Shown here one piece after another: positions 1-11,136 of a stretch of DNA of 64,000 nt. The stretch spans positions 493,496-557,495 of the forward strand of contig JAAOMT010000776.1 of assembly GCA_016748015.1 (NCBI GenBank). Reading direction: 5' to 3'. Position numbers and translations under genes: made by a program. Under the pieces are notes generated by a model. It worked only from the letters and a program-made list of their open reading frames with translations. It was not told the DNA's origin and did not search any database. How positions within the stretch are numbered: the first letter of the stretch is position 1; each line of letters begins with the position of its first letter. This DNA is from Geosiphon pyriformis uo1 (taxonomy: Eukaryota > Fungi > Glomeromycota).

Positions 1-1972
1 TTCTGGTTTTATGGCTATTTGTTAATAACCACTGTTTAAGTCTAGTGTTAAGAACCATTTTTTTCTACTAAAAGCATCAAACAGTTTTTGTATTTTTGAA
101 GTCAGGTAACTATCTCCTTTTGTTACTTTATTCAGTTTCTGGTAATCTACACAAAAGCAGATTTTTCTATTTTTCTTATGGACTAGTACCACTGGTGATG
201 ATCATGAATTTATTAATGGCTGAATTAGTCTGTTGTCAAGCATCCAATTGATTTCTTGATGAATGATTTCATGGCTAGCTGGTGGTACTCTGTATGCTCT
301 CTGTTTAATTGGCATTGCATCTCTAGTCTTGATTTGATGTTGGATAATGTCAGTTTTGCCAAATTCGTTTTTACTAACAAAAATATCATTAAAATTGCTG
401 AGTAACATTTTGAGCTGCATATATTGTAGTAGATCTAAGTTTTCTATGTTTATTTGTTCTAATTGTTCTGGTTGGAACAAATAACATTTATTTCATTCAT
501 ATATTGTTTGTAATGTAATATTCACATATCTACAAAGTTGTGAAAAGTTTGGAATAATGTCTGGCAGTTGGTTTTCAATTTTGGTGGTTAAGTATCCAAT
601 GGTTGTTCCTTCTGGTATCCTGATGACATTTCCTGTGTTGTTGTAGATGGGAATTTTTATGTAATCATGATTCTTGGCTGGTATGTGTAAATTGACCAAT
701 CCAATCTTTTCTGATTCGCAAAGTGTTGCTTCTGTCTCAAAAATTTGAACTTGATCCTTCACTTTTCTCTTTATGACTACCATGTACTGGTCATATGGTG
801 AAATGAAGATTGATTGATGGGTGGAAATAATTTCTCTCTTGTTAACAATTTTTTTCTCTGCCATATTAACTGATACATTTATTCTACTCATTGATCTAAA
901 TCTCTGTATCTCTTTAGCTGTGATCCTTAATTCTTTCCTGTTTTCTACTAATATTAATTAAGCTATCTTAACCAGAAGCAGGAATATTGCTTGTGCTATT
1001 TTTTTGTTTAGATTTATGATATATGCTTTTTCTGAATTATTTTGTAGCATAACAATAATATTTCCTATGTATTCTGTGTCAATTATTCCTCCTTTGATGT
1101 TGATTTCCTTTTTGGCTAAGCTATTCCTAGATGCCAACTGAACCATTGTTGTTGCTAGAATTTCCAGTGCTATTTTGAGATCAATACAGATGTGCAAATG
1201 GGATTCCAATTTGATGGAATTTTTTCTTGGATATCTCAGATCAAATCCTGCAACAGTATCATGTGTACATTCTAGCATAATACCTTTATTATTATCACTG
1301 AACCATTTTAGTTCTTGTTTCTTGGTAAGATTGGAAAGCACAATATATTGTTCATGGTTTAAATCAGAGTTTGAATCTGAGTCTAAATTGTTGTCATTGT
1401 TATTATCATATGGAACGGAACTAGAACTGTTGTTTTTGTTGTCATTATTGTTGGAGTTTGAATCAGGATTAAAATTTGATTCTGATTCCGATGCACAGCT
1501 GTGGATTGGTTTTTTCTCCTTTGGGATTGTGTAAATCATGTGGATTGGTGGATTGTAAATAAGGTCACACATATTACAATATTGAAAGTCACAGGGAATT
1601 AGGCAGTATTAACACAGTCTAGTGTTTAACTGTTTTAAGTATTGCTCTTGCTTTTCTTTAGTGAATGCTAAGTTTTGATAATGTTTATGAAATTCTTTTA
1701 GACCTGTTTCAATATCTAAGAATGCTTCTGGATTGGAAATCAAAACAATGTTGACTGGTTTTGGTGGGTTGTTTTTGATCTCTAAAATTTTGCTGGGTAT
1801 GGCTTCTTTGATTTTAACATTGATTATACACCAGATCTCGTCCTTATCATGTGAATATCTGTCCAAGCAATTGATTGCTTAGTGCCAGGCTGCAGTAATA
1901 GTTGTTTTATGACTCACTCAGTCACTAATAAAGATCATGTATTGGCATGAAACATCACATGTTCTTTCTCGC
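1..1972 (-). mobile_element. Ty3/Gypsy element A, downstream part of decayed pol (end of Cys-rich module, dUTPase, start of RT); continues off the left edge
   Basis: dUTPase motifs AGFDL / SRNSLA / GGIIDTEYIG / KIAQ in ORF 958..1572; pre-RT motifs IIQHQIKT and PIKQRAYRVP; RT start ICFCVDY near 140-170. Host sequence resumes seamlessly at 21845. Confidence 0.9.
890..1290 (-). pseudogene. Retrotransposon-encoded trimeric dUTPase domain (element A)
   Basis: Motifs I-IV in ORF 958..1572, followed by a decayed motif V (REIQRFRSMS, cf. RGTQSFGSTG in element C). Confidence 0.85.
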
Positions 1973-2771
1973 TGTTACAGATGATTATTTGGGGTCTCAA
2001 ATCAAATAACAAATCTGTAACTTGGTGCTCAATATCTTGACAATGCATATAATACTGGTATATTGGTTGTATCTGAAGGTTTTAGAGTTGAGTCTTTTGT
2101 ATAATAGACAGAGATTCTTTGTTTATGTTATTAGCAGTTTTTTTGTAAGTTGTTTCCCAATTTCTTTTTCAGCTTGGTAGCCAGATTTATTCTGGCATTC
2201 ATGCCCTTCTGATAAGCTATCTGATAATATATATATATAATTCTACCCTTATTTCTGAGTCTTTTACCAGGCTATCCATGATGTTAATAACTTAGCACTT
2301 TAATCTTCAATCAAGTTTTAGTAACCAACAAAATAAAAATAAAGAAAATAAAAATAAATAGAAAGAAAAATAAAAAAATAAGCCAAGGCAATGAACAAGT
2401 TAGTATCTTATTAATAGCTGTGATCAAGAGCTATTGTTCCAGTGTGGTTAAGTATCAATTGCTATCAACATGAAGTGTTGATAGTGGAAAGTGGATTTGG
2501 ATAGTAAATGATTTATTTATTTAATAGTTGTGGATTCAAGATTTCTAACTAAAGGATTCTGCTTTTTCTACTTTTAATGCTACTGCTATATATACCTAAT
2601 TGATGTTCTATGAGATCACTCACATTTCTGAGTGATGTGCTATGATTTCTTGAGCAATGTGCCATAATTTCTGACATTGCTCCATATTGCTAACCAATGT
2701 GCTCATGTGCTAAATACTATTTTCTTATTGGTCTGCTATTTTCTCTATCTGTTTTCTTTTTATGAGTAACA
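1973..2771 (-). repeat. 3' LTR of element B (799 bp)
   Basis: TGTTAC...GTAACA termini; direct repeat of 20987-21844; preceded on the minus strand by purine tract AAAAAAAGGAGATAA. Confidence 0.93.
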
Positions 2772-2784
2772 TTATCTCCTTTTT

Positions 2785-3421
2785 TTAATATTGAGCTCCA
2801 TCGAAATCTTCATCTTGAATTAATTCTAATACTTCTTTTTCAAGTATTGTTTGTTTGACTCTGTTTTTTATGTCTTCTACTTGTATATTGTTCATTTTTT
2901 CCCATTGGTTAATGGTTATGATTTTCATGTCAGAGTATAACAGTATTTCTGAATAGTTCTGAAATATGTTGTACAGTCGATAAATTGTTCTTACATGTAG
3001 TGTTGAGTTTGTTTTTTTTCCAATGAATTCTTCAATTTGCTGTATTATGTTTTGATTAAATACTCTCTTGGATTTGTTGATATACAACTCTTGAATATTT
3101 AACTTTCGATCTAATTAGTAGTAACAGTATGATATTGGAAGTTGTTTTGTCTATTGCTTCCAATTTTCTTTTGTAAGTTCTTCTGTTGGTGCCATAATAG
3201 GTATTTTTCCAAAAGTGTTCTTTACTTTTTTTATTATATTATCTGACCAGTTTTTATTATTCTTTGGTAAATGCTGATATGGTGTATTTTTTGTTTTTCT
3301 TTTGGTATTTTGATAGCAAATTGTTTGATTGTTAACAATAATTTTCATGTTTAAAGATTGTTGACTTAAAGCCTGGAATAATTATTGAGCTATGGCGTGA
3401 ATATTGATTTGGTATTTCCAT
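2785..3421 (-). pseudogene. ORF3 of element B: unknown ~215-aa protein between integrase and PPT
   Basis: ORFs 3151..3348 and 2785..3087 share one frame, separated by point-mutation stops; they align by eye with ORF3 of elements C and E. Confidence 0.75.
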
Positions 3422-3481
3422 TTTTCTTGGTTGCTTTTGTCACATATGCTGTGTCTTTATATACTCTTTTATTGTTTGATT

Positions 3482-6400
3482 TTACATATTTGGTTCAATG
3501 ATTATGATTGGTTCCAGATTTTGTGGAATTTTATCTGGTTGAACTAGTATTCATTGTACTCCTAATTGTGGAATGTTATTGGTAGATAATAATACTATTT
3601 GGTGATATGGTTTCAATTGATCACCATATACTGCTTTGGCTAAGATTTTATTGTTCTATCTTAGTTTATAAGCTCCATTTTCAAGAATTTCTTCTATGTG
3701 AAATAGTCTGTCCCATTTGAAATCAAATTTTCTACTCCATTGTTTTTTTGCTTTGGTACAATGTAGAAGTACTTTGTCTTCAATCTTGAATTCAACTGGT
3801 TTATCTGATAATTGGTTATTATGTCATTTTTTTTGCTTTTTTTGAGACTTTTGAATATTATCAGCTGCTTTTCGTCATCTGTTTTCTAGTGTTTCCATTA
3901 GGTCATATGTTTTTCTTAACAATGTTTTTTAGAAATTAGCTTCTGTTATTGGTTCAGTTGGATATGTGCTGACCTCTCTCTCAACTGGTAATGTTGCTGT
4001 CCTATCATATACCAATTCAAATAGTGTTGTTTGTGTAGTATCTTGTCTCATTGTCCGATAAGCAAATAATACTGATGGTATAAACAAATTCTATTCCTTT
4101 TGGTTTTCTTGACTGATTTTGGCGATTGCTTCATACAGTGTTCTATTAAACCTTTTGACTAGTCCATTTGTTTGTGGATAATATAGTGACAATAGTGGTC
4201 TTTTTATCTCAAATTTTTGACTTAATTCTGTTAATGTTCTATTTACAAAATGAGTTCCTTAATCTGATAGTAGTTCTTTTGGACATCCATGTTAACATAT
4301 TAAATCTTGATGGATGAATTCAGCAATGGATTTTGCATCTGCTCTTTGAATGGCTTTTGCTTCTGGCCATTTTGTGAGATAGTTCATGACTACTGCAATA
4401 TATCTGTTGTCTCTGCTGGTAATTGTTAATAGTCTAACTAAGTCAATTCCAATGTGATCAAATGGTTGTCCTACTTTAATTGGTCTTAATGGTTTACTTG
4501 GTCTTGTTCCATCTCTTTTTTGACAAGCATCACAATTCTGAACATATTGGATAATATCTGAATACATCAATAACCAATAATATTTTTTTCTGATTCTTTC
4601 CATAGTCGCTTCTTTATGAAAATGTCCTGCTGTTGGGTCTGAATGTATGTTAAATAATATTGTTTCTTTTTCTGGTTCTGTGATTACTCTAGTTGGTTGA
4701 TCTGGATTTTTTCTGTTCTTTCAGTAAAGTATATTTTGATGGTTGATAAAATTTTTTGATTGTTGTTTTATGTTCTTTTGTTCTTTTTGAGATAATTTCT
4801 CCTTGAACAATTGGATATCTATATAATGTTGAAGTTGTTGGTATTTTTGTGTGTTCATCTTTTGTTATATTTTTGAGTTGAAATGTTTTTAGATTTGTCT
4901 CATTTGTGACAGTCCATCAGCATTTCCATTGTTTTTCCCTTTTTATAATGTACTGTATAATTGAATAGTGAAAGTTCTATTTTCCATCTAACATGATGAT
5001 TGTCTGTAAATTTTTGTTTCTGGATTGAAGTTAATCCTTTGTGATCAGTATACATTTCAAACTTTTGACTCAAGTATTTTTTCCATTTGATGACAGCCCA
5101 ATAGATAGCTAAGTGTTTTAGTGCTAGAGTTCCATAGTTTTTTTCAGCTGGACTTAAGCTTTTACTGGCATAGACTACTGAATGTTCTCTTCCATCTGAT
5201 CTTTTCTGTAATAGTACTGCTCCCAATGCTTGACCTAATGCATTGGTAGTGATTATGAATGGTTTGCTGTGATCTGGATACATCAATACTAGAGCTTGAT
5301 TAAGCTTTCTTTTTAATGTGTCAAACACTTTTTGTTGAGCTTTGATCCATTCATACTTCACATTCTTGGTTTGTAGATGGTGAAGTGGCTGAGCCAGTTT
5401 TGAAAAGTCTTTGATAAAATGGCGATAATAGCCTGTGAAACCTAAAAATGCTCTTAGTTCTGTCAAATTGGTTGGTACTGGAAAGTTCTTAACTACTTCA
5501 ATCTTGTCTGGATCCATTTTGATTCCATTTTTGCTCACTACATGTTCCAAAAACTTGAATTCAGTTTTTCCAAAGAAATATTTGATTGCATTTAGTTTCA
5601 ATTCTGCTCTTCTCAACCTTTTAAACACTTGTTGAAGATGATATAGATGATCATTGAATGTTTTTGAGAACACATTGGTGTTATCCAAGTATACAACTAC
5701 TGATTTTTATAGTAATTCAGTATAGACAATTTCCATGAGCCATTGAAATGTTGCTGGAGTATTTATCAAGCCAAATGGCATGACTTTAAACTCAAAATTT
5801 TCTTTTCTTGTGGTGAATGCCATTTTTTCTTTGTTGGCTGAATCTATAGTTACTTGTTAGTAACCACTATCCAAATCTAGTGTTGAGAACTATTTATTTC
5901 CTCCAAAAGCATCGAATAGTTCTTGGATCTTTGGAGTTGAATGGCTATTATCTTTTATTACTTCATTCAGTTTTTGGTAGTCTACACAAAAACGGATTTT
6001 TCTATTCTTTTTACAGACTAATACTACTGGTGATGACCATGGACTCATTGATGGCTGAATTAGCCTGTTGTCAAGCATCCAGTTGATTTTTTGATGAATA
6101 ATTTCATGGCTAGCTGGTAGTACTCTGTATGTTTGTTGTTTAATTGGCATTGCATCTCCAGTTTTGATTTGATGCTGGATGATGTTGGTGTGGCCAAATT
6201 CATTTTCACTGGCAAAAATATCATTAAAATTTCTGAGTAACATCTTTAGTTGCATTTGTTGAAATGGATCTAGATTCCCCATGTTTATCTGTTCCAATTG
6301 TTCTGGTCGAAGCAGATAACATTCACTTCTTCCATAGATGGTTTGTGATGTAATGTTCACATATTCACAAAGTTGTGGAAAATTTAGAATGTGGTTTGGT

Positions 6401-9372
6401 AGTTGATCCTCAACTTCGGTGGTTAAATATCCAATGATGGTTCCCTTTGGTATTTTAATGACACTTCCAGTTGTGTTGTAGATAAAAATTTTGATGTTTT
6501 TGGGGCTTTTGGCTGATATGTAGAGATTAGTAAGTCCAATCTCCCCTGATTTACAAATAGTGGCTTCTGTTTTAAACAATTGAGCTTGATCCCTTACTTC
6601 TTTTTTTATGATTAATATATACTGGTCATATGGCGAAATGGAAATTGTTTAACAGATTGAGATAATTTCTCCTTTGTTAACAATTTTTTCCTCTGCCATA
6701 TTAACTGGTATATCTATTCTATCCGTTGATCCAAATCTCTGTATCTCTCTTGCTGTTATACCTAATTCTTCCCTCTTTCCCACTGAAACTAACTAAGCTA
6801 TCTTCACTAGAGGTAAGAATATTGCCTGTGCTATCTTTTTATTTGATTCTATAATATAGGTCTTTTCTGAGTTATTTTATAGTATGGTTATGATATTTCC
6901 TACATATCCTGCATTAATTATTTCTCCTCTAATGTTGATTCTTTTTTTTTCTAAATTACTCCTAGATACTAATTGAACCATTGTTGTTGCTGAAATTTTC
7001 AGAGCTATTTTGAGATTAATACATGTGCATGAATTTGGTTTCAATTTGATGGCTTCTTTTCCTAGATATCTTAGATCAAACCCTGTATCAGTATCATGTG
7101 CGCATTCTGGCATAATACCTTCATTATTATTACTATATCATTTGAGTTCCTGTTTCTTGGAGAGATCAAGAAGTACAATAAATGTTTCGGAGTTTGAATC
7201 AAAGTTTGAATTATCATAATTTTCATTGCTATTTGGAGCAAAGCTGGAATTGTTGTTTTCATTGTCATCATTGTCAGAGTTTGAATCAGAATTGAACATC
7301 AATTCTAATTCTGATGTGCAGCTACTGATTGTTTTTTTTTCCTCTGGAATTGTGTAGATCATGTGCAGTAGTGGATTGTAAATGAGGTTACACTCATTAC
7401 AATATTGAAAGTCACATAGAATCAAACAGTGATCACATAGTCGAGTGTTTAATTGTGCTAAACACTCTTCCTGTTCTTCTCTTGTGAGTGCCAAAGTTTG
7501 ATAGTGTTCATGAAATACTTCTGATTCTAAAAAATTTATGACTGGTTCTTTATCCCAGTCAAGTTCTATAGGTTCCAGTGGGTTGTTTTTGATCTTCCTA
7601 ATTTCTTTGGATGTTGCTTCTTCTATTTTTTTGAGTGTCATTTGCCAGATCTTGTTATCATTGTGTGGACAACTGTCTAATCGTTGTACTGCTCTTCTTC
7701 AGACTGCTTCTATTAGTGTCTCTTTTCTTATTCAGTCACTAATTAGAATCATGTATTGGCATGATTTGTTGCATGTTTCTCTTCACCCTGGAATGTCATT
7801 CCACATTCTTTCATCCAAGAGAGTTTCTCCACAAGCAAGACAAGGTTGGTTGTCTTATTTTCCTTGCCTTTTTGGTCATCCAAACCTTTCTATGACACAT
7901 GTGCAGCAGTAGAATTTGGTCGCTGTTATATATTCCTCATTGTTGCCACAGCATACACCCATTGACAACAATTTCTTGCCACAATTGACACATATAAGTT
8001 TTGGTTGACAATAAATAAATTGTGATGGTATAGTGTAAGTGTAGGAGTTAGAAGAAGTGGTGTTGGTGGTTGTTGTTTCTTCTTCTTTCTCTTTTCTTTT
8101 TCCTTTATTGTTTTCTTTTTTCCATTTCCAGTTTGGTGTCAGCTCATTTTCGTTATTGTTGGTCCAGGTCAGATTGTCAGTCTTTCAGGTAAGTTCTTCT
8201 CTTTGTTTTCCTTTTCCATTGTTATCCCATAATAGTATTGACAGCAGCTCGTTGTGGTCTTTGTTGGCCCACAAGACTTGATATGCCTTCCATATTGGTT
8301 TCCTTTCCTCTTTCTCAAACTTGATTAGTGGGGCTGGCATAACACTGCTGGGTTTAAAATGGTCACACATTGCTGATACCCTTGTGTATCAGCCGTTCTG
8401 GCTGAGCTGCAACTTCTGAGTGGTCCAATCAAAGATAGCATTTGTTTTGATAAACCAGTCATTACCAACTAATACTTGGTACTAAGTGGCTTCTATTACA
8501 AGAACTTTGATGGATATTATGATGCCATTGATCTCAATTGGGAAGTTATCAATTTTGCCAATTGGAGTTTTTGTCGCTCCATTAGCTGTGATGATGTGTG
8601 TACTGGCAGTTTAATCAACTTGGCGACCTAATTGGTCCATGAGTTGTTTTGTGATAATGCTGCCAGCTGATTTACTGTCCAAGATCAGTTTGATGAACTG
8701 ACCATCAACTTTGACATCAGTGTACATAGCCATGATGGGTTTTTTTTTTAAAGTGGCCCCACTGAACAGTGGTACTGTTGTGGTTTCCTTGAGTTCAAAG
8801 GGAAAGATGGTGGCTAAAGATTTGTCTTTAGTGATAGTTGCTGGTGGGATGTTGTGAGTAGATTTTGCTAGTTGATTTGGTTCTGGTTTGTTCAAAATAG
8901 CATCTTTTGGGGTAACCAGAAAACTTAAATAGTTCTGGAAATTCAGGTTTTGGGCGTATCCAGTGCCCAAATTCTATTGTCGAGAGCCTAATGGTTGTGT
9001 TGTAGAACTGAAGATTGGTTGATAAACTACCATCAACGATCTCCAGCTTTGTTGGGTCAATCTCAGCCTTTGGGTTCCGTTTTGAGGTAAGTTCTATAGT
9101 GGTGTTTGAATTTGTTGAGGCTGATATATTATCTGGGACTGTGGCTAATAAATGGGTTGTGGTTGCAGCTAATAAATTGCTTGTGTTGTTGGTTAATAAA
9201 TTGATATACTGGTGATTGATAAGGTGGCTGCTGTGTTATAGATAAGTAATTCTGATCGTATGGCTCTGAGTTTGGTAGGTTATTTGGAATGTGAAACTGG
9301 CAATCAGAGTTTCAATATTGATTTCCCAATCATTGGTTATTTAAGCGATGGCGGCAATTAATTTGTAGGTGT
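3482..9372 (-). pseudogene. Decayed pol of element B (Gag C-terminus, aspartic protease, Cys-rich module, dUTPase, RT, RNase H, integrase)
   Basis: LILDSKSAGSII (PR), TGFDLRY...GEIINAGYVG (dUTPase), RFCVDY and YLDN(D) (RT), ITTNA..ALGAVL..YASKSL (RH), HF..CDACQ and GIDLV (IN), RLFHIEEILENGAYKL (GPY/F-like). Confidence 0.9.
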
Positions 9373-10328
9373 TGTTACCAGAGATTTTTGGTCTCTTTTC
9401 TGTAATGTTGTTGATATCTGTTTGCTGTGAATTCACGTTTTCTGGATGTGGTTGAACCTCCAGTAACTGAACTTTCTTTTCAAATTATCTCCTATAATTT
9501 GAATTGCTGGGCTTATAAGTGGAATGGCCAATTCCGTGCCAGTTACTTTATGTAGTTACGTTGTAGTAAACATCAACTCTTTCCCAGGAATTGCTCGTCT
9601 GGAAGCTCACTAAAATGTATAGTTACTTTGCTGTGAAAGTCAACTCTTCTACAAAAATCTTGTCTGTAGGCTACCCTAATGATTGTAAATAAGAAAAGAA
9701 AAGAAAAAAATAAAAGAAATGTAAAAGAAATAGAATTCTGTCAAGGAAAACGTTTTCTATTCAGGCCTGGAGTCACTAACAATTTACTGAAATTGGTAGC
9801 TAATTAATTTCAAAATGTTAGTTGGGTTTTTGAGGATTTTCCAAGTGCAATAATTTAAAGAGTTTGGTTTTTCGAATTATTTGATATTTATTTCTTTTTG
9901 TGTGTATAAGAATGGTTCTCAGTAATAAATCTAAAGTAAGATACATTTTTTCGAAGAAAAAAGCTCTTCTTTTATACAACTTGTCGTAACATTATTCTAT
10001 GAACTTGAACTAAAGATACATTTCGGCAAACTACAAGTTATTTCTGCAAACTATTAGATATTTTGGTGAACTATCAATTATTTCAGCAAATTTCTATAAA
10101 TTTTGGTGAACTTTTGAATGTTACATAGTTCGGGGTATTGCATGATTAATTATCGCAATTAGATTACATTTGTGTTGTGTACAATTTGGGTTATTAATTA
10201 AATGATAATTTTGGACATTTTTGCTAATGTAATAAGTGATAATTTGAAACGATAATATATGCTAATTAATGATAGGAATTATAAAATAATTTTATGCTAA
10301 ATAATATCTCTAATTTCGTCTGGTAACA
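9373..10328 (-). repeat. 3' LTR of element C (956 bp)
   Basis: 10-bp terminal inverted repeat TGTTACCAGA...TCTGGTAACA; near-identical to 18232-19214. Confidence 0.96.
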
Positions 10329-11016
10329 TAACCTCCTCCTCAAGACTGAGCTCTATCGAAGTCCAAGTATTGTTTGTCATTTCCAGATAATAATCCAAAA
10401 TTATTGAAGAAATTTGGTCTGAAAATTGTTGAAATTTCAGTTCTGTGAGCTTTCCAATGTATTGAATCTTCAAAGGTTGAAAAATTGGGTTTTGTAGTAT
10501 GTTTTCACAGGTGTGGAATAGGTCATAAAATCTAAGAACAGCTCTGAGCCTGTAGCGACTGTTTGTTGATCCAGCTGTTGTCTTAAATTCATTGTGGAGT
10601 TGTTTCTAAATAGCTTCTTTTGTGAGGTTTGCTGTTGTAAGTTCCAGTTTCTGTTCGTAGAGTGTTTTTCCAATGTGAAAATATCTATAGATTGGAGGAT
10701 ATTCAGTGTTTTTTTCATTGAGACACAGTTAAAGTCTTTGTTGAATTGTAGCATTTGGTGGAATACTAATCGGAGTGAGTATTAGATTTTCTCTTAAAGC
10801 AAGTTTTAAAAGTACTGGCAGGTGAATTCCAGTATAACTTCTTGTGTTCTTCTTATATGGGTAATATTTTCGTGAATTTGGGGCTAAATTTGTAACTATT
10901 TCTGTTTGGGTATAATTAATGTGGTTTTCAGTAACAGTAATGGATAATTCAGGTATTGTTTTTAAAGCTAACATTAGTTTTTGGGATAATTGTTGAATGT
11001 TTTGAGGAATAGTTAT
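10297..11016 (-). pseudogene. ORF3 of element C: unknown ~240-aa protein extending through the PPT into the 3' LTR
   Basis: One 240-codon frame with two internal stops (TAA, TAG, likely from CAA/CAG); start is ATA here and ATG at the equivalent site in element E; motifs YRYFHIGKTL and LRFYDLF. Confidence 0.78.
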
Positions 11017-11136
11017 TATAAGCAATTTGAAATAAAAAAAATTATTTTTGGTGCATGGGTTTTTATGTTATTTTTGTTTTGTTTTTGTGAGATTGTTTCT
11101 AAATTATAAGAAGATAACTATAATAATAAATTTAAA

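Noticed and set aside
10297-11016. ORF3 as an envelope glycoprotein
   Set aside because: No signal peptide, transmembrane segment or furin-type site is visible, and it is short for Env.
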